A DNA stretch of 64,000 nucleotides from a virus (IMGVR_UViG_3300028887_000099:1-64000); one strand, 5' to 3'. Positions 1-9,591 are shown, counted from the first letter of the stretch. Made by a program: numbers and translations. Notes: generated by a model not told the origin, from the letters alone.

Positions 1-11
1 AGGATTTTTAA

Positions 12-833
12 ATGAAATGGTATCTTACGGGTGATTGTCATAGAGATTACCTACGTTTTCAAAATTTAGAGGAATATCGAACTGGCGCGCCTATAGGAAT
101 AATTTGTTTGGGAGATTTTGGTATCAATTATTTTTTAAATAAAACTGACACTAAAATGAAAGAATGGCTTCATGAAAAATATCCAAATTTTATTTTTTAT
201 CTTTTAAGAGGAAATCATGAGGCACGACCAGAAGATATACCAAATGTAGAAGTATTAGAAGATAACATTATTAAAGAATTTGTTCAAATAGAACCACGAT
301 TTCCAAATATTCGTTATTTAATAGATGGTTCTACATATTATTTTGGAGACTATAAATGTTTATGTATTGGTGGAGCATATAGTGTTGATAAATGGTATAG
401 GCTCATGCGTAGAGAATGCACAGAAGAAAATAATAACCCAAAAATAACAGGTTGGTTTCCTAATGAACAACTTACTGAAAAAGAAAGAGATGAAATTACT
501 GATATTATAAAATGGGCAAATGTAGATTTTGTTTTTACTCATACTTGTCCTTTAAGTATGATGCCTACTGATTTATTTCTTAATATGGTAGACCAGTCTA
601 CCGTTGATAATACAATGGAATATTGGTTAGAACAAATTAAAAATAGTTTTAAATGGAAGATTTGGTGTTTTGGACATTATCATGCTGATAGACTTGAACG
701 ACCATATATAGAACAGTATTATAAAGATATTGAAGATTTAGATGTAATTTGGAATAGATGGAAACAATATAAAACAACTGGTCAATTGGATGAATGGTGG
801 CTTAATAAAAGTCCAAATTTTTATTTAAATTAA
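12..833 (+). CDS. Calcineurin-like metallophosphoesterase
   Basis: Motifs GDCH, CLGDFG, RGNHE, FTH, FGHYH; 273 aa, TAA stop. Confidence 0.85.
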   Translation: MKWYLTGDCHRDYLRFQNLEEYRTGAPIGIICLGDFGINYFLNKTDTKMKEWLHEKYPNFIFYLLRGNHEARPEDIPNVEVLEDNIIKEFVQIEPRFPNIRYLIDGSTYYFGDYKCLCIGGAYSVDKWYRLMRRECTEENNNPKITGWFPNEQLTEKERDEITDIIKWANVDFVFTHTCPLSMMPTDLFLNMVDQSTVDNTMEYWLEQIKNSFKWKIWCFGHYHADRLERPYIEQYYKDIEDLDVIWNRWKQYKTTGQLDEWWLNKSPNFYLN

Positions 834-844
834 ATGGAGGTTTT

Positions 845-1354
845 ATGAAAGCATATCTTGCAGGGTCAATTTTTTATTATGGTGATGAACTACGAAATCG
901 TGAATGGGCTACTAAATTAAGGAAAGCTTTTCCCGATTTAGATTTATATAGTCCTATTGAAAATACAGATATTAATGGGACAGAAGGAAAAAAGAAATTT
1001 GGTAGTCCTATTATGATTGCTCATGCAGATAATGAAAGACTTGATCAGTGTGATATTTTAATTGCATGTTTAGATGGAGATGTAATTCCAGCTGGAACAA
1101 GTGCTGAAATTGGGAAATTTCATGAAAAAATCACACGCGGTGATTGTAAATTATTAATAGGAATTTTAACTGATAATAGACAATGTTACTTGACTTGGAG
1201 TGAAGAAAAAGATATAGGTGGCCGTGACGTTGGTGCGCAGCAATATAGTTATCAAAATATTTATGTTACTGGGCTTATAAAAGAAGTAGGTTATCTTGTA
1301 ACTAATATTGACGAAGTTATAGAAAAAATTTATTTTTGGCTGAATGGAGATTAA
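845..1354 (+). CDS. Nucleoside 2-deoxyribosyltransferase-like protein
   Basis: AYLAGS..., YSP, D..RLDQCDILIACLDG, GTSAEIG pattern of the NDT fold. Confidence 0.75.
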   Translation: MKAYLAGSIFYYGDELRNREWATKLRKAFPDLDLYSPIENTDINGTEGKKKFGSPIMIAHADNERLDQCDILIACLDGDVIPAGTSAEIGKFHEKITRGDCKLLIGILTDNRQCYLTWSEEKDIGGRDVGAQQYSYQNIYVTGLIKEVGYLVTNIDEVIEKIYFWLNGD

Positions 1355-1356
1355 AA

Positions 1357-1800
1357 ATGATAGTTAAGCAACAAGGAATAACTATTTTAGAAGCAGATAA
1401 CGCTTGGCATAATTATTGTAAAATGGTTAATATAAAAAATCCTTGGAATGAATTAGCAAAATTAAATCAAAAATATTTTCATAAAGAACTAATTAATGGT
1501 GTTATTTGCTATAAAATGTTTCCTTATAGTAAAGAAGATGAAGAAAAAAAGAAAAAAATTCGAGCAAAATTTCAGCCATATAGAAATTTAGAAGATCAAT
1601 GGTCTTTAATGTGGGTATATGAAAATAAAGGATATGAAGAGGCCGCGGCTTTTGCGAAGCTTCGTAACAACTCTCATAATGATTTAATGAAAATTTTTAT
1701 GAGTTTATGTCCTTGTGATAAAGGACAAAATTGTAGTATATTTTGTCATAATTTTATTAAATGTAAAGAGGAAGGTTTTAATAAATGGTCTATGGAATAA
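1357..1800 (+). CDS. Hypothetical protein with C-terminal Cys cluster
   Basis: ATG 1357 just after the previous stop; CPC...C...C...C near the C-terminus. Confidence 0.55.
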   Translation: MIVKQQGITILEADNAWHNYCKMVNIKNPWNELAKLNQKYFHKELINGVICYKMFPYSKEDEEKKKKIRAKFQPYRNLEDQWSLMWVYENKGYEEAAAFAKLRNNSHNDLMKIFMSLCPCDKGQNCSIFCHNFIKCKEEGFNKWSME

Positions 1801-3017
1801 ATGATAGATTACCAATTGGTAAAACTATTTTATTTGCATTGCAAATAATGTTGAGTTGCTTTACTGCAACTGCTTTAATTGCTTAGATTTGTGGGGTACC
1901 ATTATCTGGAGCTTTTATAGGAGCAGGATTAGCTACTTTAATTTATAGTATCGTAACAATTGAAAAATCTCCAATGTTTATTAGTAATAGTGGTGCATTT
2001 GTTGCTCCAGTACTAGCTGCATTGGCAATTGGAGGATATACAGCAGTTGCAATTGGTGGAGTAGTTACTTGTATTGTATATACTATTTTTGGAATTATAT
2101 TTAATTATATTTCTGTTGATAAACTTTATAAGTTTATGCCAAAAGTTTTAATTGGATCAGTGACAATAGTAATTGGTATTAATTTGATGGGATTTATTAC
2201 TGGGTATATTGGTGATACAGGTAATTTAGGTGTCATAATTGCCTTTATTACTGTATTAGCAATTGCACTTTCAAGCCATTACTTTAAAGGCGCGCTCTCA
2301 ATGTTTCCATTTCTAATTGGCACACTCGTAGGATATATCATTGCAATTCCTTTTGGATTAGTAGATTTTTCTAAATTTAATGGAATTCATTTGTTTACTA
2401 TTCCTACTGTAGCTTTTATGAATATGGGGCATGTAGTTTTTAAAGATATGATACCAATTATTGTAGTATATATTGCATTTACCATTAGTGCTATTTGTGA
2501 ATGTTTGAGTGACCATAAAGTATTAGGTAATATAATTGGTATTGATTTATATAAAACGCCTGGTTTAGGGAGAATTTTTATAGGAGAAGGTGCCGCCAAT
2601 CTTATGACTAGTCTTTTTGGTGGATTAGGTGGTTGTAGCTATGGTGAAAGTGTAGGAGCAATTGGTTTTAGTAAATGTGCTTCTGTAAAAGTAACTCGTT
2701 TAGCTGCTATTTTTATGATTTCTCTTGGTTTTATTGAGCCGATTCAAGCTTTTATTAGCTCAATTCCATCATGTGTAATTGGTGGTGGTACAGCTTGTAT
2801 TCTTTATGGTTTTATTAGCTCTAGTGGTATTCGCGTATTACAAGAAGTTAATTTAAATAATCAGAAGAATCTTATTATTTGTTCTGTAGTATTAGCTTTA
2901 GGTATTAGTGGAATTGTAATTGGTGGTTCTACTTTTAGCTTAAGTGGAACTGCATTAGCATTAATTGCTGGAATTATATTAAATTTAATTTTAAGGGGGA
3001 AAGAAAATGTAGGTTAA
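1785..3017 (+). CDS. uraA: NCS2 family uracil/pyrimidine permease (UraA/PyrP-like), code 15
   Basis: Reading through TAG 1884-1886 gives 410 aa starting MVYGINDRLPIGKTILFALQ; SGAF, GLGRIFIGEG, SYGESVG motifs; many TM segments. Confidence 0.85.
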
Positions 3018-3273
3018 AGTTTTTGAATGTGATAAAAATGGGAAAATTTCTTTTACTAAGAGTGAATTAGAAAAACTTTTAAATGAAGTTTATAATGGTG
3101 GATATAGAGATGGAGAAAAGAAATGGTGGACCTGGACTTCACCAAGTATTACAACTCCATATTATGCCACAACAATTAGTAATACTACTACTAATCCATA
3201 TACTATTACTGGAAGTAGCACTAGTGGTGTAGTCACTTTAAATAAAACAGCAGGAGATAATTTTAATGCTTAA
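3007..3273 (+). CDS. Hypothetical protein, code 15 (TAG is codon 2)
   Basis: RBS, ATG-TAG, then an open frame of 88 aa to TAA, filling the gap between neighbouring genes. Confidence 0.55.
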
Positions 3274-3481
3274 ATTAAAAGTTACCGAAGAATGGCGCTG
3301 TGAAGATAAAAATGAAGCTGAAAATTTTATTCGTGCACAGCGTGAAAATGGTGGAAAAGATGGTTATTATGTAATTAAAGCTGGGTATACTCACAAAGAA
3401 AAAAAGGCAAAAGGTGAAATAATTGATGAGTGTGAAGTTGTTTCTATTACGAAGCAATATACAACAGTATGGAATATATAA
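3266..3481 (+). CDS. Hypothetical protein
   Basis: RBS CAGGAG; 71 aa. Confidence 0.6.
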   Translation: MLKLKVTEEWRCEDKNEAENFIRAQRENGGKDGYYVIKAGYTHKEKKAKGEIIDECEVVSITKQYTTVWNI

Positions 3482-3924
3482 TAAATCCACGTTTTAAAAT
3501 TGATTATTATCCAATTTATTTTGATAAACCTTATGATTGTAGATATTATATAGGTGGTCAATGTATTGGAATTGAACGAGTAGATCCTTGTGAAGGAAAA
3601 ACTTGTATGGAATATTAGAATCGTACTAAACCTCCTATTATTACTTTATGTGGTTCAACCAAATTTAAAAATTTATTTTTAGAAGCTGCACGCGATCTTA
3701 CTTTTTAGGGATGGATAGTATTGATGCCAGGGGTATTTGGACACGCAGATAATATCAATTGGAGTTTTGGTGAAAAGAAAAATTTAGATGAACTTCATCG
3801 TGAAAAAATTAGAATGTCTAATGCAATTTTTGTACTTAACTATGAGGGGTATATTGGAGATTCTACAAAATCTGAAATAGAATTTGCAAAATATTTAAAT
3901 ATGCCAATATATTATTATGAATGA
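3469..3924 (+). CDS. NDT/DUF4406-like Rossmannoid protein, code 15
   Basis: Reading through TAG 3616 and 3706 gives IITLCGSTKF...LTF(Q)GWIVL...LDELHREKIRMSNAIFVLN..GYIGDSTKSEIEFA. Confidence 0.65.
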
Positions 3925-4231
3925 GGATTTTGAATATATTGATGTGGATGATGAAAGTTTCTTAGGTGAAAATGAAGAAATTATCTGTTCTCATTGTATA
4001 GTAATTTCTTATGTAGAATGTAATGCATCTGAGGAAAAAGAAATAGTAGATTTTTCATAGTTTAATTTTCAAAATAATACTGGTATTGTATATTGGCAAA
4101 ATTACTATACCGGTGAAGGGGTAAATGAATTAACAATTAATAGTAATTGTATGGTAAGTTAGAAAATAATAAATGGTCAATCTGAATTTTATTGGTGGCC
4201 AGCCGGAACAATCACTTTTTTTAAGGAGTAA
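3917..4231 (+). CDS. Hypothetical protein, code 15
   Basis: 104 aa with two in-frame TAGs; fills the gap before the holin. Confidence 0.45.
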
Positions 4232-4237
4232 TTTAAA

Positions 4238-4597
4238 ATGGGTTGGGAATAGATAATGTCTTTAATAGTTTCAATTTTTTCAGCTTTAGCAGTTATAATT
4301 CCTTTAGGAATTAAATTATATAAAACTGTTAGAGAATTAGTTGAACAAAAGAATTGGCCTCGGCTTGTTACAGCGGTTGCAGAATATATGGAACAAGCTG
4401 AACAACTATTTGAAGAGGGTGCAGATAGAAAGGCTTGGGTTATGACAATGATACAAGCTACTGCAGATCAATTAAATTATACTCTTACATCTGCTGATAT
4501 AAGGAACTTAGAAGACTTAATTGACAGATTGTGTAATATGAGTAAAATAGTCAACCCTCCACTTTTAGAAGAAGAATATGAAGAGGCCGCTCGTTAA
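4238..4597 (+). CDS. Putative holin (LL-H-like), code 15
   Basis: RBS AAGGAG, ATG 4238, TAG 4250; N-terminal TM, then AVAEYMEQAEQLF..GADRKAWV. Confidence 0.55.
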
Positions 4598-4612
4598 TAG
4601 CGGCCTATTTTT
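4584..4612 (+). terminator. Rho-independent terminator
   Basis: AGGCCGC/GCGGCCT hairpin followed by a T tract. Confidence 0.7.
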
Positions 4613-4640
4613 TGACTTTTTTTAAATTTTATGATATAAT
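4612..4640 (+). promoter_or_regulatory. sigmaA/sigma70-type promoter (one of a recurring family)
   Basis: TTGACT-17bp-TATAAT with extended TG; same pattern at 6999, 9597, 15363, 17246, 23295, 23891, 26485, 39578. Confidence 0.8.
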
Positions 4641-4673
4641 TTTATTAGAAAATGAAGCGGGAGGTAAAATGAA

Positions 4674-4904
4674 ATGAAGCGTTTGATTTTAATTGCAATT
4701 TTTGATGATAAGAAAAACGTAGTAAGATTTCGTTCTGCCCCTGATTCAAAAATTGCATTACAAATACTTACAAACGCACGTGAGCAAGGATTTTTAACAG
4801 TAGCGGGTACTATTACATATGAAAATTCATATGACCGCGCGCGGGCACAACTTAAGTATCGACTTAAGCAAAAACTTTTAGAGAAAATGCGTGCTAAAAT
4901 TTGA
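4674..4904 (+). CDS. Hypothetical protein
   Basis: Behind a promoter and GGAGG RBS; 76 aa. Confidence 0.6.
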   Translation: MKRLILIAIFDDKKNVVRFRSAPDSKIALQILTNAREQGFLTVAGTITYENSYDRARAQLKYRLKQKLLEKMRAKI

Positions 4905-5040
4905 AATTTTTAAAAAAATATGATATAATTATTATAGAAAGTAAGGGAAGATTAAATTCTTTTATTTTTTATAATTTGAGGTTGATGGGAGGTCTACCTT
5001 TCTACCTCCCATTAGCTTACTATGGAAAGGGGAACAACTC

Positions 5041-5313
5041 ATGAGTGGTATTTACATCACCGGCATTGAGATGCCGACAAACAGCGAGCTTTTATGCATT
5101 AACATCTATCCGGATGGCAAAGTGTGTATTGACCTCGATTTGCATTGTCAACAGGTCGCAACAGCCATCCCCGTCCCTCCGCATGGACGGACGATAGACG
5201 CGGATGCGCTTTTACTAAGAGCAATTCCACTCGGCTGGTCTACTCCTAAATGGGTTAGCGACATTATGATTGATGATGCGCCAACCATCATCCCAGCGAG
5301 TAAGGAGTACTGA
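5041..5313 (+). CDS. Hypothetical protein
   Basis: RBS; 90 aa, higher GC than its neighbours. Confidence 0.6.
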   Translation: MSGIYITGIEMPTNSELLCINIYPDGKVCIDLDLHCQQVATAIPVPPHGRTIDADALLLRAIPLGWSTPKWVSDIMIDDAPTIIPASKEY

Positions 5314-5315
5314 AA

Positions 5316-5498
5316 ATGGAGTGGAATGATGGGATTCCTCAGTTCAGTTATTTCCCGGAATGGGTGGACACAGAATTCGAATGCCCGTATTGCGGCGGAG
5401 TGATGCAGAAGAATTAGATGAAGGTACTGACCTCGAATCCACCGAAGTACGAATACCGCTGTAAAGAGTGTAAGAGAATTCGATACAGGTTTCAGTAA
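5316..5498 (+). CDS. Small zinc-ribbon protein, code 15
   Basis: CPYC and CKEC pairs are joined only if TAG 5415-5417 is read as sense; 60 aa. Confidence 0.7.
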
Positions 5499-5499
5499 G

Positions 5500-6100
5500 G
5501 AGACGATTTGGTGTGAGAAGGCAGATAATGAAACAGCTTTCTTCCTCCCACCCTTTCTGATGTAACCCCACTAAAACCGTAGTGCAAGTCGGTAAATTCA
5601 GCAGGTAATGGACTGAGAGAGAAGCTAAGGCGAAGGACTCCAGCGACGCAAGCTGTGAAGGGTGAGCACATCGTATAGTGAGACGAGAGGTAACGTGAAC
5701 CACTCATACAATCGCGCGCCGTAAGTTGGCGGCCGGGTAGATTAAGCCCGATAATAACAAAGCCTATAGGGAGTCATGACCCTTAGAAGCAATAGCCAGA
5801 TAACAAAAAGGGGTCTGTGCAAAGATGCGATTCTATACACCAGTGAAATTGGGGACTGGTAAAAATATCACCCAATCGTTTCGGAAAACTTCACCGAGTT
5901 TCGTAAACTTAAAAAGAAGTAAAATATCGAAATAATCGAAACGGTAGAACGTAGAGTAATCGTCCATAAGCTCTCGCACACCTTAGCTAAGTGTGGAATA
6001 GTGGTGCAGGGGCGTCCCACTCGCCGCAGTAGAAAGTAGATATTGCGCTTTGGCGCGTCGTGAACGGGTGCGCGACATAAAATAAAGAAACCCGTTTTTA
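5500..6100 (+). ncRNA. Candidate large structured ncRNA
   Basis: No plausible ORF; 5500-5513 pairs with 5869-5882 (13/14); multiple GC hairpins; precedes the tRNA array. Confidence 0.5.
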
Positions 6101-6101
6101 T

Positions 6102-6175
6102 GGGGAGTTCGTATAATGGTAGTATACCAGATTTCCACTCTGGTGGCACGGGTTCAATTCCCGCACTCCCTTCCA
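6102..6175 (+). tRNA. tRNA-Gly(TCC)
   Basis: Cloverleaf, loop TTTCCAC, encoded CCA. Confidence 0.95.
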
Positions 6176-6182
6176 TTAATAT

Positions 6183-6260
6183 GGTGCGGTAGCCCAATTC
6201 GGAAGAGGCAATTGACTTAAAATCAATCAAGTATGGGTTCGAGTCCCATTCGCACTACCA
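6183..6260 (+). tRNA. tRNA-Leu(TAA), short variable loop
   Basis: Cloverleaf, loop CTTAAAA, CCA. Confidence 0.9.
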
Positions 6261-6267
6261 TTTTTTT

Positions 6268-6342
6268 GTGGGTGTAATACAATGGTAAGTATGCAAGCTT
6301 GCCAAGCTTGATATGAGGGTTCGATTCCCTTCACTCACTCCA
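6268..6342 (+). tRNA. tRNA-Gly(GCC)
   Basis: Cloverleaf, loop TTGCCAA, CCA. Confidence 0.95.
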
Positions 6343-6345
6343 TTT

Positions 6346-6421
6346 GGGCAGTTAGCAAACTTGGTGGATGCGCACGGCTGAAGCCCGTGAGAAAGAGGGT
6401 CGGTACCTCTACTGCCCACCA
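6346..6421 (+). tRNA. tRNA-Phe(GAA), atypical T-loop
   Basis: Cloverleaf, loop CTGAAGC, T-loop GTCGGTA, CCA. Confidence 0.85.
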
Positions 6422-6452
6422 TTTATAGGTAAGATAGGGTGATAAATAAATA

Positions 6453-6995
6453 ATGTTTTCACTATAGACACTTTGTAATGCAATAGTTTTAGTTGGAGCA
6501 GTAATTATTGCAATTAAAAATATATATCATTTCTTCAAAAAACCTGTTACAGATTTATAGGAAAAAGCTAATACTAAAGAAGAAAAACATATTGAAGAAA
6601 TTATATAGAAAAAGGTACCTGAACTTTTAATTCAACATGGTCAAAATGTTGCTGAGTCACGTCGACTTGAAGATTAGAAACGTGATGCAGCAATAAAATC
6701 ATCTATTATAGATGCGATAGATATTAAAATTAATGAATTAAAGATGTTAAATAATGATATATAGTCTTCTTTAAAAGCTTTAAATATGGCTTAGTTAAAT
6801 ACTATGCGTTATAATTTGGATAGTATTTATACGAAATATTTCCCTTATAAAAAAATTACAGCCATAGATAAATAGGCATTTATTAAAATGTATGAAGATT
6901 ATAAAACTATGGGTGGAAATACCTGGGTAGATACTCTTTATAATGAATTAATTAATTGGGAAACCATCCAAGTTGAAGAAGATTTACATAATTAA
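6453..6995 (+). CDS. Membrane-anchored coiled-coil protein (possibly lysis-associated), code 15
   Basis: 180 aa with 7 in-frame TAGs; N-terminal TM; C-terminal YKTMGGNTWVDTLYNE motif. Confidence 0.6.
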
Positions 6996-7057
6996 ATTTT
7001 GACTTTTCATAAAATTTATGATATAATATATATAGAAAATGAGAAAGGGGTATAAAA

Positions 7058-7285
7058 ATGAAAACCTTTGATGATTTTGATACTCAGATTCAGAGCGATG
7101 AAATTATCCCCGAAGAGTATGAGGATTGGCTTCAGAGTATCGGTGTAACTCTTGAGGAGTTTGAAGCTGATATGGAAGCACAAGACAAGCTTCTGGATTG
7201 GATTTTCTCTCCTTGGCAGACTTATGAAGTAGATTGCGACGATGGAACTTATGGCGACGTAATCTATGAGTATGTTGGTGTTTAA
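7058..7285 (+). CDS. Small acidic hypothetical protein
   Basis: Own promoter (6999) and RBS; 75 aa. Confidence 0.7.
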   Translation: MKTFDDFDTQIQSDEIIPEEYEDWLQSIGVTLEEFEADMEAQDKLLDWIFSPWQTYEVDCDDGTYGDVIYEYVGV

Positions 7286-7288
7286 TTT

Positions 7289-7363
7289 GGTGCTTTCGTC
7301 TAATGGCGAGGACGCGAGATTCTCAATCTCGTAATACGGGTTCAAATCCCGTAAGCATCACCA
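7289..7363 (+). tRNA. tRNA-Glu(CTC)
   Basis: Cloverleaf, loop TTCTCAA, CCA. Confidence 0.95.
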
Positions 7364-8277
7364 GCCGTACCTTTAGTCTTTTGAGTTCGTTAACGAGGAG
7401 AAAAGACAGCGAGATTTGAGGATGAAAATCGCTAAACAATAACCCTTGGTGGAGTAGAAAGCCGGCCACGATAAATATTGGGGCGAGCAGTTGGCGAACT
7501 GTGAAAGAAAAACGCTTGGCAAAAGGGAACGAGAAGGAACGCTCAATCCTGCCTAATCCTGGTGAAGTAGGGATGAAAAACAACAACTTCACGTCAGTGA
7601 TACGTAAACCACACCGAGGGCGTGCGGGGTTAAAAAGAGACGCCAGCATTGGTGAACGCTTGAGATTTCACCATCATATAAGTGTTAGGCTTGCCGCCGT
7701 GACGCACTATAAAATGTCAAAACAAGCGGATTTGCCAGTTCCGTCCTCTGCACAGGATGGTGAGTAGTGTGCAGACTACAAAAGGTTTATGCGTCCACCA
7801 TAGTATGACGTACGGACAGCTCGCCCGTTGAGGAGCAAAGACAGAGGAGTAGGGATCGGGCTTCTGCGCCAGAACACGATGGCAAGTGGGAAGGTTTAAT
7901 GTCCTCGGGGTATAGTACGAGCCTCTTGATTTATCGTACTCGGCGGGGCGCGGCGCCGTAGTAAAAACGCGTTAATGGTCACGTAGGGAATCTCCTCGTG
8001 GTGTGACTGGACGGACAGTAGTATGCGATTACTGAGCCGAGAACAAACTCCCAGATAGTTTCAATCTAATATCGCATAGGATTGGAGCGTTGCTTACAGG
8101 AAGCCACCCTGTCAGGTTGAGATACCTGATACATACAGTACCTCGGAAGCGCAAAAATTTCGGCTATAAAAGACTAAGAGAGGGAGCCGTGGAAAAGCAA
8201 CAACTATCGACCGCGGTCTGGGTAGCGGAATAAAAAAGAACTTAAAGGGGCTGGCACGGCACCCAACCGCCGAGCCA
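7364..8277 (+). ncRNA. Candidate giant (~900 nt) ornate ncRNA
   Basis: Nested long-range helices 7364-71/8253-60, 7373-82/8168-77, 7460-64/8161-65, 7538-50/8078-91; GC-rich, no credible ORF; lies between two tRNA-Glu genes. Confidence 0.7.
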
Positions 8278-8284
8278 TTTATAT

Positions 8285-8361
8285 GCTCCCATCGACTAAC
8301 AGGAAAAGGTCGGTAGCCCTTCAAGCTGCAAATACGGGTTCGAGTCCCGTTGGGAGTACCA
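8285..8361 (+). tRNA. tRNA-Glu(TTC)
   Basis: Cloverleaf, loop CTTTCAA-type with TTC, CCA. Confidence 0.9.
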
Positions 8362-8432
8362 GCAAGTTCTCGATGTATAAGACTTGAAATCGTATTAAAA
8401 GTTTAGCTAACCTTTAAGCTTTGGCTCTAAAT

Positions 8433-8509
8433 GGGCAAGTACCCCAATTGGAAGAGGGAATAGGCTCAAACCCTGTGAAGTGTGGGTTCGACTCCCACCT
8501 GGCCTACCA
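8433..8509 (+). tRNA. tRNA-Leu(CAA), short variable loop
   Basis: Cloverleaf, loop CTCAAAC, CCA. Confidence 0.9.
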
Positions 8510-8511
8510 AA

Positions 8512-8783
8512 CGTTTTTGTAAATTGGACGTTAATCAATTTACCGTGTGAGAGGATGGATTTTTAGGTTAAACTACCACTGGCACTCTCAACTTTGGCGT
8601 CCAAAGAGATATGCGAGTCAGAGTGATATGTGGCTTAGTCATTTGAAAACACGTTAAACAAAAACGAAAGTAAACCTAAGACTAGTTAGATGGAGTGATG
8701 CGAATGAAATATGTCCAAATCTCCAATGGCGAGGAAACGCCGATTGGCTAGTAGCAGACCTGGGTAAGTCTTTAAACTACCCA
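8512..8783 (+). ncRNA. Candidate ~270 nt pseudoknotted ncRNA
   Basis: Helices 8512-20/8658-66, 8524-30/8598-8604, 8548-53/8585-90; pseudoknots 8563-69/8673-79 and 8756-8783. Confidence 0.6.
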
Positions 8784-8789
8784 TTATAT

Positions 8790-8865
8790 GGGCCTGTAGC
8801 TCAATTGGGAGAGCGCCTGCTTTGCACGCAGGAGGTAGCGGGATCGTAACCTGTCAGGTCCACCA
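8790..8865 (+). tRNA. tRNA-Ala(TGC)
   Basis: Cloverleaf, G3:U70, T-loop ATCGTAA, CCA. Confidence 0.92.
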
Positions 8866-8963
8866 TCGAAGCGAGAGAATCTGTAGAGTTAGTATTACGT
8901 ACTACGGCTTTATGGAGAAACAGATTTGCATAGATATCTCGTAAGGCACTTCGAACCATCTAT
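8866..8963 (+). ncRNA. Candidate small structured RNA
   Basis: TCGAAG/CTTCGA and AATCTGT/ACAGATT stems; ATAGAT/ATCTAT pseudoknot. Confidence 0.4.
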
Positions 8964-8965
8964 AT

Positions 8966-9039
8966 CGCGGTGTAGAGGAGCGGTTCCTTACCAGCCTCAT
9001 AAGCTGGAGACGCAAGTTCGAATCTTGCCATCGCACCCA
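8966..9039 (+). tRNA. tRNA-fMet(CAT)
   Basis: C1:A72 mismatch typical of initiator tRNA; loop CTCATAA; CCA. Confidence 0.88.
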
Positions 9040-9042
9040 AAT

Positions 9043-9117
9043 ACCAGTCTAGCACAATGGGAGTGCAATTCCTTCATACGGAAAAGGTTGTCAGTTCAAG
9101 TCTGGCGGCTGGTACCA
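9043..9117 (+). tRNA. tRNA-Met/Ile2(CAT)
   Basis: Cloverleaf, loop TTCATAC, CCA. Confidence 0.88.
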
Positions 9118-9173
9118 TAATACAGCAAAGAATAGGATGCTGTATAAATTTTTGTAAAGGGAGGAATTTACAA

Positions 9174-9479
9174 ATGAAATTTTATAGTGAAAAAATCAAT
9201 AAGTACTATGACACTGAAAAAGAATGTCTTAGTGCAGAAAAAGACTACGAAGAAAAGCTTGCAATTGAAAAAGCAAAGAAGGAAGAACTCGCTGCTACTC
9301 GTAAGGCGCGCGCGACTGAAATTGAGGAAGCTTATAAGGCCATTCTTGAAGCGCGTAAGCATTATAATGAACTTATGGATAAATTTGTAAAGGACTATGG
9401 TTCTTTTCATATGACTATCCGTACTGGAGACGACAATCCTTTTAATTTTTTTGATAAATACTTCAAGTTTTTCTGGTAA
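9174..9479 (+). CDS. Hypothetical coiled-coil protein
   Basis: RBS GGAGG, ATG 9174; 101 aa. Confidence 0.7.
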   Translation: MKFYSEKINKYYDTEKECLSAEKDYEEKLAIEKAKKEELAATRKARATEIEEAYKAILEARKHYNELMDKFVKDYGSFHMTIRTGDDNPFNFFDKYFKFFW

Positions 9480-9520
9480 TTAAAAAAGTAGAAAGATTAA
9501 TTAAGTCTTTTACTTAAAAT

Positions 9521-9591
9521 TAGACCCAAACAGCAACATATAAATCTAAAATTGTTATTTATTTATTTCTTGATTTGGAAATTAGGGTCTA
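9521..9591 (+). ncRNA. ACAGCAA-box RNA, dispersed copy
   Basis: TAGACCC-AAACAGCAA...GGGTCTA; same box and closing stem as the 18814-19208 array. Confidence 0.6.

Noticed and set aside
5500-6100. tmRNA
   Set aside because: GCAGATAATGAAACAGCT resembles a tag start, but the frame does not end in ALAA/AA, and no Ala acceptor (G3:U70) or T-arm-CCA end was found.
8180-8225. Group II intron domain V
   Set aside because: GAGCCGTG is present, but the following 34-nt DV hairpin with its AC bulge is not, and there is no GTGCG 5' end or RT gene.
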